Source of the DNA: Octopus sinensis
Lineage: Eukaryota
Direction: 5' to 3'
Assembly (NCBI RefSeq): GCF_006345805.1
Contig: NC_043001.1
Location: 65,658,001 to 65,722,000 of the forward strand
Length of the DNA stretch: 64,000 nucleotides
Shown in pieces: positions 1 through 10,494 of this stretch. Below the pieces are notes generated by a model. That model was given only the letters and a program-made list of their open reading frames with translations. It had not been told where the DNA came from and did not search any database. Every line of letters starts with the position of its first letter. Positions within the stretch are counted from its first letter, which is position 1. The translations under genes were made by a program, and so were the position numbers.

Positions 1-328
1 TATAATCCCACAAAACTTTTGTTTTTCTTGCACCATGGTGGAAAGAAAGAAATATTTTATCTCTACAAACATCTATAATCAGTTGTTTACCTCAACGAGA
101 TGTCAGCGACATTATTTACTCAAGAAATTTGCTGTTGTTGTCGTTGCTGTGCTTCTTTACTCTAACCGTCACTATACTCCTTCTCCTCCTCCTCCTCCTC
201 CTCCTCCTCCTCATCATCATCATCATCATTATCAGTCGCAGCAGCAATAGCACCACCACCACCACCATCACCATCCCGAATAATCTTGGAACATCTGTGC
301 TCCAAAAACAAAGACATGTTAAAGAAAA

Positions 329-716
329 TGGCTGTGTGGTAAGTAGCTTGTTTACCAACCACATGGTTCCGGGTTTCTTTCTACTGCGTGGCACCTTGAG
401 CAAGTGTCTTCTACTATAGCCTCGGGTCGACCAAAGCCTTGTGAGTGGATTTGGTAGACGGAAACTGAAAGAAGCTCGTCGTATAAATGTGTATATATGT
501 GTGTGTGTATATGTTTGTGTGTCTGTGTCTGTCCCCCCAACATCGCTTGACAACCGACGCTGGTGTGTTTTCATCACCGTAACTTAGCGGTTCGGCAATA
601 GTGACCGATAGAATAAGTACTAGGCTTACAAAGAATAAGTCCTGGAGTCGATTTGCTGAACTAAAGGCGGTGTTCCAGCATGGCCAGAGTCAAATGATTG
701 AAACAAATAAAAGAGT
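329..716 (+). mobile_element. tRNA-derived SINE, family 1 (CORE-like body, internal TA/TG microsatellite)
   Basis: A-box-like TGGCTGTGTGG, B-box-like GGTTCCGGGTT, CORE-like GTGGCACCTTGAGCAAGTGTC. Near-identical copy at 46270-47540 and a partial copy at 60024. Confidence 0.85.
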
Positions 717-815
717 ACAGAGTATCTTTATCGAATTTTCTGACGTCACTGTAATGACTGATGTCACTGTACTGTCAAATGTCATTGTTTGATGTAATTG
801 CACTGTGAGAAAATA

Positions 816-2056
816 TTGGGTTGTCCGGAAAGTCCGTGCCGATTTATAGTAGCTTACTTTTCGACTTATTTTAGAACATGGTTGAGTCCCTAAAATAACA
901 TTTGACTACACCTCTATTTAGAGCACAGTTTAAGCTATCTTTTCGTGGAAGAAGGTTTATATTCCTATAACCTGTGTTAATTCTGTAACCCTTTAAAATG
1001 GAAGATAAGAAAGTTCATTTTCGGCACTTGATGCTTTTCTTTATCCGTAAAGGGAAAATGCCTCACAAGCAACCAAAGAAATATGCGCAGTTTACGGTGA
1101 TGTTTCTTTATCCGAAAGAACTGTACGGAAGTAGTTCGCAAGGTTCCGAGCTGGAGATTGTAGCCTTATTGATAAAGAGCGATCAGGCAGACCATCCACT
1201 ACAGATGATGACCAAATCAAGTCATTAATTGAGAATAACCCATATTGCACAACCCGAGAATTGGCAGAAAGCCTTAACCTACCAAAATCCGTCGTTCATG
1301 AGCACCTGTAAAGCTTGGGTATACAAAACCTTACGATGTTTGGGTACCACATGAGTTGAGTGAGAAGAACCTTTTGGACCGCATTTCCATCTGTGATTCG
1401 CTTTATAAACGGAATGAAAACGCGCCTTTTTTAAAGCAAATTGTGACAGGTGATGAGAAATTGATTATCTACCGAAATGTTCAGAGAAAGTGATCTCGGA
1501 GTAAGCGACATGAGCCACCCTTAGCCACCCCAAAAGTGGGTCTTAAAAAAGTCTTGCTTTGTTCTGGTGGGATGGGAAAGGAATTTTGTACTATGAGCTT
1601 CTCCTAAGTAACCAGACAATTAATTCTGAGAAATACTGCACACAACTGGACGAGTTAAAAGCAGCAATTCAAGAGAAACGTTCAGAATTGGCCAACAGAG
1701 AGGTTGTTGCTTTCCAATATGATAATGCAAGACCGCATGTTTCTTTGGGAACCAGACAAAATTGCTGCAGCTCGGCTGGGTTTTGTTACCTCACCCTCCA
1801 TATTCACCAGATATTGCTCCTTCGCATTTCCACTTATTCAGGTCTCTGCAGAATAGTCTTAATGGCAAAAATTTCAATTCCTTTGCCATGAAATCACCGC
1901 AATTCTGGGAAGAGGGTATTTTCAAGTTAAAGGAAAGATCGAGGCGCATTGAGCAACAAAATGGTTTATATTTGGTTGATTAAAAATGTAATGGCAAGTA
2001 TTTATTGACCCTTTTCTTTCCTTTAAAAATCGGCACGAACTTTCCGGACAACCCAA
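816..2056 (+). mobile_element. Full-length decayed mariner DNA transposon (~1.24 kb)
   Basis: ~30-bp TIRs TTGGGTTGTCCGGAAAGTCCGTGCCGATTT / AAATCGGCACGAACTTTCCGGACAACCCAA, flanked by TA at 814-815 and 2057-2058. Confidence 0.95.
998..1983 (+). pseudogene. Mariner (DD34D) transposase pseudogene with frameshifts and stops
   Basis: Motifs WVPHEL (~1341), IVTGDEK (~1440), YDNARPH and HPPYSPDIAPS lie in different frames. Confidence 0.95.
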
Positions 2057-2316
2057 TAGCATTTTATTGTACTTGTCACGAAATCTAAGAATGAAACTTT
2101 AACAAATTTCGGTGGGGAAAAGAAAAAAGAAAAAAAGGAAAAGATCAGACGGTAGTGATTCTTAAAATGGTTTCAAAATGAATAATTTCTTTGTGAAGAA
2201 TAAAAGAAATAACACTCCTTTTCATATTTCTCGAGAATATAAGGTTATTATTTCCACAAGAACTTTGTAACAGATACGCGTTCCACTTAAATTTGCGATG
2301 CAACAATTGCATTATA

Positions 2317-3037
2317 ATCCTTCCTATTATAGGCACAAGGATTGAAATTTGGTGGGGAAGAGGCAGGTTGATTACACGGATTCCAGTGCTCAACAGGTAC
2401 TTATTTTATCAACCCCGGAAAGATGAAAGGCAAGGTCAACTTTAGCGGAATTTCAACCTAAGACATGAAGTTGGTGCTAAGAATTTTGCCCGGGTTACTA
2501 AAAGTTCAGCCAGCTTGTCATCTTAAGCAATTGCATAAGAATAACAATAATGCTTACAACAACTACAATAACAGCAACAATTATAATATTGTCTTTAAAT
2601 TTTGGCAGAAGGTCAACAATTTTAGGGGTTGAGCTATGTTGATTACATCTATCCCAGTACTCAATTGGTACTTATTTTATCGACTCCGAAAGGATAAATG
2701 ACAAAGTCGGCCTCGGTGGAATTTGAACGCAGAGCGTAAACACGGACGAAATGCCGCTAAGAATTTTGTAGGGCCTGTTAATGGCCCAGATAGCTTACTG
2801 CCTTCAACAACAACAACAACAACAAAAATAACGGTTTCAAATTTGGGCACAAGGCCAGCAGATTCACCGAAGGGAGATAGTCGATTACATCGATCTCAGT
2901 AGTACTTATTTTATCAACCCTGGAATGATGAAAGGCGAAGTCGACCTCAACTGAGTTTGAACTCGAACGTAAAGACTGATGAAATACTGCTAAGCATTTT
3001 GCTCGGCGTATTAACGATTCTGCTAGCTCACAACCTT
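2317..3037 (-). mobile_element. Three head-to-tail copies of SINE family 2 (2317-2525, 2590-2804, 2832-3037)
   Basis: Each carries GAAAGGATGAAAGGCAAAGTCGACCTCGGCGGAATTTGAACTC-like sequence (minus-strand B box plus central domain); copies are separated by short AAT/AAC repeats. Confidence 0.85.
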
Positions 3038-3082
3038 CAACAACAACAACGAAAGCAACAGCAACAACAGCTTATAATTTCT

Positions 3083-3212
3083 TCCGGCTTCTCATAGCTA
3101 GTTCAAATTTCGCTGAGGTCGACTTTTCCACCTTTCGAAAGTCAATAAAATTAGTACCAGTTGAGCATTGGTAGTCCCCTTCCCACAAAAACATTCAGGT
3201 TTTGTGCCTATG
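3083..3212 (+). mobile_element. Partial SINE family 2 copy
   Basis: GTTCAAATTTCGCTGAGGTCGACTTT...AGTACCAGTTGAGCATTGG...TTTGTGCCTAT matches other copies in the window. Confidence 0.7.
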
Positions 3213-3726
3213 GGGACACCCCTTCTGGGACAACCAAAGAATCCCACATGTCCCGAGCCACCTTATTCATCAAGAATACCTTGACAAGTGTTCTTCTCTG
3301 TATCCTTCAGCCTACAGACAAGCTGAGAACATGGTACTTCCTTGACCGTTGAACACTGACAGTTGCACTCAACTCACAATAATCATTTAAATACTCTTTG
3401 TGAAGCAACACAAAATAACTCCTTTCCCATTTTTCATACCATATCAATGGTGGTGGCAATATTAACACGGAAAAATAATTATATCTTTAAATTCTTGTAT
3501 GAAACCCAAAGAATTTAAGTTTCACCGTTCGCTCTCTATTTTTTCCACGTCGTCGTATATGTAGGATACAGAAGCCCTAAACACACTTGTAGTGAACACC
3601 CAAGAAGTATTTCCCTTTCAAAAAACAAAACAAAAACAATAAAAAAGACTAAACTGGATTGGTAGACAATATGTTTATAACAACAAAACAACAACAATAA
3701 CGACGACAACAACAACAACAACAATA

Positions 3727-4195
3727 AATATATTGTTTTGTCTCGATATAAAAGATGGTCTTCAGCAAATTTTCTGCTCAATACCACAGATTTGCTTGTC
3801 AGTTGTTTGACCTTAACCAGTTGAGCATGTCCCTTGGTGGCTAACGAAATGTGCATCTCTGATCACGACCAGAAGTAGTGGGGGAGCATCATAACCAATG
3901 TTGAGAGGAATTCTTTGGGGTTTGGATGATTCACCTTTAGAAACATGGGTGTTCGTTCAAAACCCTTAAACAACCCTTATTCAGGGATCTTTTGAGCGGA
4001 ATGGGCTACTCGACCAGAAGAAAATTCTAACTGGGCGCCACCTGTAAGGTCATGCGCTGTTTATCTTGATGTGAAATCACCATGTCGCGCAAATATGGTT
4101 GTCATGCATGTGCCTGGTGTACCCTTATCAGACGGGTAGTCATGATGGATATACTGGGCTTCGTATATTTTACCCCGGTGTTACTTTGATGGCAT
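3727..4195. repeat. Unclassified interspersed repeat between (AAC)n and (AAT)n tracts
   Basis: Higher-GC block with sharp microsatellite boundaries. Recalled as an abundant octopus repeat, but single copy here. Confidence 0.4.
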
Positions 4196-4254
4196 AATGA
4201 TAACAATAATAATAATAATAATAATAATAATGATGATGATGATGATGATGATGA

Positions 4255-4339
<85 letters not shown>

Positions 4340-4352
4340 CATCATCATAATA

Positions 4353-4384
<32 letters not shown>

Positions 4385-4393
4385 AACAATAAT
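4196..4393. repeat. Compound trinucleotide microsatellite (AAT/GAT/ACT/CAT)
   Basis: Seen directly in the sequence. Confidence 0.95.
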
Positions 4394-4462
4394 ACTTTCT
4401 TTTATTGGCCACAAGGGCCGAACACAAAACAAATAGGAACAGTACAATACAAGGGACAACTT
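4394..4462 (-). mobile_element. Extremely 5'-truncated Tx1-family 3' end (~70 bp)
   Basis: TTTCTTTTATTGGCCACAAGGG directly after the microsatellite matches the 3' terminus of the full Tx1 copies (e.g. 31248-31270). Confidence 0.7.
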
Positions 4463-5079
4463 GGGTCTAGTGAAATCCCACTAAATGGGCAAACAGACAT
4501 ATTTGCAAAAAATAATTCCAAGTCTTCTCGCTTTACCTTTGTCTTCAATCAATACCACAGATCAAGCATGAACAAGCAAAGAAAATATATTCATACAAAT
4601 ATACAAACCACAAATAAATAAACTTCAACAAAGTTCATTCACCAACAACTACTCACACACAAACTTATTCTGGAACTTGACACGGTGAATTTACACAGCT
4701 AACAACCTTTGGGCAGAATCGTAACTTTTTCTCGTATGAAACTAATACTCGGATTTAGTGGCGAACAAAATTTTATGCTTATGCACATACATACAAATCA
4801 TAACCATTCAGCCGCTGGGCTATATACAGACAAATGCTGTCCACTCTAAACTTGATAGGTTAATCTTAGAGAGCCTTTATTGCTTGAGATTGTCACTAGA
4901 CACGTTGTCAGCCTTAATTTTCAACGCAAAAATATTGTCACATGACATTAACGCAGCAATGCCAGTTAGCAATGGATTTACAAACATTTTAAAGCTTAAT
5001 CACGTGATCATCATCTGGTAATCAAGTTGTATCCTAAACATATACTAATTTGAGCTATGTTCTCTCTATAAAACCAAGA

Positions 5080-5260
5080 GAATTTCCCTAGTGTAAATAA
5101 TCTCAGACTGCAGACAACTAGGTGCTGATCAGGTGATGATTCTGCCCCTCTCATTATATGAATGTCCAATACAAAATACAGAAGACAATAAAATCTATCC
5201 ATGACCTCTGTCACAACGTACCTCTATATTTATGGGTAGAATGGTAGAATTTTCGAACTT
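5080..5260 (-). mobile_element. RTE-clade LINE endonuclease fragment
   Basis: LDIHIMRGAESSPDQHLVVCSLRL resembles the APE SDH region; similar to 6820-6960. Confidence 0.65.
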
Positions 5261-5425
5261 CAGTCAGAAGCAAGACAGTTGTGGCATAGCCTCATATATT
5301 TCTATCATTCACTCAGCTTTTGAAAATCATAAATATCTGTAAAACCATTTAAACCTATAGAAATAAACCATCCAAAACATTCACCATTGCGTTTTCAACT
5401 TCTTTCATATATGTATATGTATATT

Positions 5426-6427
<1,002 letters not shown>

Positions 6428-6672
6428 ATAGCATTTAAAATCGAGCTACTGTGAAAACAATAAATTCATAGACTCGTATAACATACCTTGTACTTTCAAG
6501 CAATCCTTCAATATAGAAAATGGCTGTTCGTTTTTGAAAAATTCGACCAGCCATGTTGTATATTTGAGTCTGAAAACTTGCTAGAAAATACAAGGCTTGG
6601 TATTCAAACCTGCCTGTTTATTAAATTCTCACAGCATGAAACTTAGTAATTCGAATTTAAATTCTGTGTATA

Positions 6673-7140
6673 TTAAATGACTAGATGGAGTACTTTTTTG
6701 TTGAATTTGGATGCAATAGTTCTCCGCATATTTGTTTCTGATCTATCATCTGCCAGGGCTTCCAACGTTAATCTATAAGTCGCACTGGAATTACCAGTTT
6801 TCTGAGTTTTCTCTGCTGTAGATAGTCTCAGATTGCAGACAACTAAGTGCGGATTAGTTGATGGTTCCGCCCCTCTCATTACACGAATGTCCAATATAGA
6901 ATCAAAGTGGTTCAAGACAATAAAATCTATTTGTGACCTCTGTCTCAAAGTATCTCTATGCTTATGTGTAGAATGTGGTGGAAGAACGTGTTTACATTTG
7001 GGAGCTCATTTCCAGTACAGGAGTCTAGTAAAGCCTCTTCATTTGTGTTGAGTTCAGAGTCGCCATTCCGCCCAAGCACTCCATTCGGGATCCGGAATAC
7101 CAGCATGGGCATTGAATTAACTTTGTAAGACAAATGGGTA
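6673..7140 (-). mobile_element. RTE-clade LINE, decayed AP endonuclease region
   Basis: GVLGRNGDSELNTNEEALLDSCTGNEL..NTFFHH and SQIDFIV..DIRVMRGAE..PHLVVCNLRL. Confidence 0.8.
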
Positions 7141-7259
7141 TGTCTTTACTGCATCCTAAAACTTCAATAATTTAGTCAAGGATGGATGTGTATTTAGCTT
7201 GCTCTTCTATGAATATACTTGCAAACGCCACAATAGTCCTTCATTCAGTCTTAGCTTCA

Positions 7260-7590
7260 AAGTGTGGTCCACTCCATAACACAATTTAAATGCCGGACGC
7301 TTGTGAATATTCCAACTCTGGCTTATGCAGACATAGTTAACAATACACCGGAATAGTGGCGGTTCCACCCTCCATTCAAATTTGGGGTACCAGAACATGC
7401 AACGTGTTATGGTACGCGTGCGTTGGAAGCACAAGGGGTGCGTGTTCCAGAGCCCCAAACTGAACCCAGGAGGGAACAATTCTTAATGATTGGGAATTGG
7501 AATGTCATAGGTAAAGAGCAGAAACAAGTGGAGGAGGCAAAACATTACCATCAAGTCATAATCACTGCCTCTTCTTCTGTAAGGTTCCTC
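7260..7590 (+). mobile_element. RTE-clade LINE 5' UTR and N-terminal fragment
   Basis: IGNWNV..GKEQKQVEEAKHY resembles the start of the RTE endonuclease (IGTWNV..GKE.ELVEEA..Y). Confidence 0.55.
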
Positions 7591-7612
7591 GGTACCGTAT
7601 ATATATATATAT

Positions 7613-7822
7613 GTAAGAGGAATGACCACTAAAGTGGACTCCTATACGCTAGAGATAGACGTCAAATCACCTTACCACAAAGTGTGTGTTCTCAAGAAAA
7701 AAACCCCTCAAACGCAAATATGTAAAAAAATAAGCAAGGCAAAAAAAAAATTTACAAAATAAAACGATTACCTACGTATCATGATTTCATTATTAATACT
7801 TGCAAAATGCAAAATGCAAGTA

Positions 7823-7830
<8 letters not shown>
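7613..7830 (-). mobile_element. 3'-end fragment of a (TA)n-inserting element related to the 46.5 kb hammerhead element
   Basis: Reverse complement CTTGAGAACA...TCTATCTCTAGCGTATAGGAGT...GTGGTC..CTCTTA aligns with 47090-47170 (CTTGAGAACA...TCTATTTCTAGCGTTAGAGT..GTGGTCTCTCTCTTA). Confidence 0.6.
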
Positions 7831-7853
<23 letters not shown>

Positions 7854-7907
7854 TTCGGTGCGAATGGTTTTCTTATACGGTGCCGGATTTTACAATCTGT
7901 AAGGAAT

Positions 7908-8178
7908 AATAATGGTATTTATATAAGCCTAAAACTTATAGCGATCACCGAGCAATGACTGAGAAAAATAATCTCATAATGGGGCATATAAGCTTTCGAC
8001 GGAAAAAGTAGGTTTTCCTATCCGCATGTAACGGTAACACACTAAGTCGCATTAACAAAGCGATGTGGGTTCGTATCCCACGCGGATAGGAAAGCCTACT
8101 TTTTCCCGCCGAAGGCTTATGTGCCCCATTATTAGACTATTTTTCTTGCACGGTGATCGCTGATATAATACCATTAAT
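7908..8178 (+). repeat. Fold-back element with ~100-bp imperfect arms enclosing a tRNA-like module
   Basis: 7911-8025 is the reverse complement of 8082-8175 with indels. The loop contains a T-arm GTGGG-TTCGTAT-CCCAC. Confidence 0.8.
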
Positions 8179-8411
8179 ATACATATACATACATACATAC
8201 ACACACACATACACACACACACTAGCGTCATTACAACCAGCCATCTAGGTTGCTATATATGCATTTTTGTACACACACACACGTGTGTGTGTGTATATAC
8301 GTATACATAAATGCAGATATAGATATACATACGCATATATATATATATAAAAAATTTTCAGAATGAGATAAAAAACCAAGGCTGTGAAGATTTTAAAACA
8401 GTTATAAATAG

Positions 8412-8459
8412 GTCTTACAGCTGTTTCCAGGATATTTATTATATCCCTTCATCGGAGAC
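8412..8459 (-). ncRNA. Type I hammerhead-like motif, CCGAUGA core variant (inverted copy)
   Basis: Reverse complement identical to 9286-9333. Confidence 0.7.
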
Positions 8460-8554
8460 GGTGTGAGAAAATGGTTACATAATAGTTAATTTAAATAAGA
8501 TATGAATAGAGAGTGAAATGGAGGAATGAAAATATTGATATGCATAAACATCTG

Positions 8555-8591
<37 letters not shown>

Positions 8592-9285
8592 GTCTAATAT
8601 ATACATATATATACATCTTCACATATATATTTTCTTCTATTACTAAGCACTAACCTGTCCAACCACCTAATCTATATTCCTAAATTCTTCCTTCCATACT
8701 ACTACCCCTCTCTCTGCCCCATCACTTAAACTCTATCACTACATTACTGACACTCCTTTACTTTTTATACCTCTCTCTCTCTATCACCCCATTCCTTCTA
8801 TCTTTTTATACTCTAATACCTTTCTCTCTCTATCACCCTCATCTCCCCATTCCTACTTTCAAATTATCTTGACTGACCACTAACTGGTAAACTTTCCCTT
8901 GTTATCTCTCTCCTTGTTTTTCTTTTTTCCTTCTTTCTTTTCTTTATTCCTCTCTTCCTGTTTTTCTCTTTTTCTTCTCTTTTTTTCTCTTTTCTTTATT
9001 CCCCTCTTCCTGTTTTCGAGTTGACCTCACAAATACATTCCCTACTTTTAGGTCACTTTAAATAAAACCCTTATTCAATAGCACTGTGTACAAACTCTAT
9101 ATTTGGAATGACCAATTTTAGATACTATTGGATTTTATTCACAAGGTATATGTATTCCATTCTGCCTAAATAATGGACCTACAAATGCAGTATCCCTGCA
9201 AATCTCACATCTATTTTCATTCCTCCATTTCACTCTATTTCATATCTTATCTAACTTAACTATTGCTTAGCCATTTTCTCACACC

Positions 9286-9333
9286 GTCTCCGATGAAGGG
9301 ATATAATAAATATCCTGGAAACAGCTGTAAGAC
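9286..9333 (+). ncRNA. Type I hammerhead-like motif, CCGAUGA core variant
   Basis: Stem I GTCT/AGAC; core CCGATGA; stem II GGGATAT/ATATCCT; GAAAC-AGCT-GTA with palindromic ACAGCTGT stem III. Confidence 0.7.
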
Positions 9334-9892
9334 TTATTTATAAATGTTTTATAATCTTCAGAGCCTCGGTTTGTATTTATTTCATTCTGAAAAAAGTGTT
9401 ATATATGCACACGCTGATATATGACCTACGTTGGACTCCTTATTCGCATAATCACCGAACCTGGAGCTTAACTATGGTCTATCCATAGCACTTACTCAGC
9501 ATTAGCTGACACCTTTGGACCTTACTGACACCATTACCTCTCATAACCTATATATGTATTGTCATATATATATATATTATATATATATATATATAATAAT
9601 TGTCACATATTATATTTACAGATAAATTTCTCTATTTAAAATATCGAGGTCTCTTTCTTTTGTTATCTTACCGTTTTTATCAATATATATATATATAAAT
9701 ATATATATATATATGGGTTAGCCATATCGAAATGGCAAAAATACGTCAAGATGTGTTACCGCTACTGTATATAACTCACTTTGATATTTATCATTGTTTG
9801 ATTTCACTTTTTCAATATCAGCGACAGTGGGCGCTGGAAAAAGTATAAGTATTTGTGAAGGAAATCTAATTCTCGGCGACAACTATGATTGT

Positions 9893-9937
9893 CACACGCT
9901 GACGAGAGGTCAATACCTCGAAACTCGAGTCCGTGTG
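9893..9937 (+). ncRNA. Type I hammerhead ribozyme, predicted cleavage after 9931 (GUC)
   Basis: CACACG-CTGACGA-GAGGT-CAAT-ACCTC-GAAA-C-TCGA-GTC-CGTGTG: perfect stems I and II and a canonical core. Confidence 0.95.
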
Positions 9938-10245
9938 TATCATAAGTTGAAGACGGGAAGGATGACTTCCCTTTGCAAATACTGACAGGACACAGAAAGT
10001 GTGTCTATGGCCAGCTGGAGGAGTGTGTCCTCCTGGGGCTAAAAACTACAGTAGCATCCACCCTTAGGGGTTAGCCATATTGAAATGGCAAAAATACGTC
10101 ACGATGTGTTACCGCTACTGTATATAACTCACTTTGATATTTATCATTGTTTGATTTCACCTTTTCAATATCAGCGACAGTGGGCGCTGGAAAAAGTATA
10201 AGTATTTGTGAAGGAAATCTAATTCTCGGCGACAACTATGATTGT

Positions 10246-10290
10246 CACACGCTGACGAGAGGTCAATACCTCGAAACTCGAGTCCGTGTG
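10246..10290 (+). ncRNA. Type I hammerhead ribozyme, second copy, predicted cleavage after 10284
   Basis: Identical to 9893-9937. Confidence 0.95.
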
Positions 10291-10462
10291 TATCATAAGT
10301 TGAAGACGGGAAGGATGACTTCCCTTTGCAAATACTGACAGGACACAGAAAGTGTGTCTATGGCCAGCTGGAGGAGTGTGTCCTCCTGGGGCTAAAAACT
10401 ACAGTAGCATCCACCCTTAGGGGTTAGCCATATTGAAATGGCAAAAATACGTCACTATATAT

Positions 10463-10494
<32 letters not shown>

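Larger units (their letters stand above)
8350..9395. mobile_element. Penelope-like/pLTR-type element with ~190-bp inverted repeats, each carrying a hammerhead-like motif
   Basis: 8352-8544 is the reverse complement of ~9197-9395; the element lies among (TA)n tracts. Confidence 0.7.
9715..10455 (+). mobile_element. Non-LTR retrozyme-like tandem repeat: 2.1 units of 353 bp inserted in (TA)n
   Basis: Units start at 9715, 10068 and 10421. Only 3 substitutions seen between units 1 and 2. One hammerhead per unit. Confidence 0.9.

Noticed and set aside
35-577. Poly-P/H/L/I ORFs
   Set aside because: Translations of compound trinucleotide microsatellites and a SINE.
7260-7335. HDV-like ribozyme in the RTE 5' UTR
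   Set aside because: Expected for the clade, but I could not assemble the nested pseudoknot from this decayed copy.
9794-10338. Duplicated 63-aa ORF
   Set aside because: TTG start and no recognisable domain; it overlaps the hammerhead, and RNA structure explains the sequence better.
9715-10455. CRISPR-like or simple segmental duplication reading of the repeat
   Set aside because: No spacers, eukaryotic context, and one ribozyme per unit.
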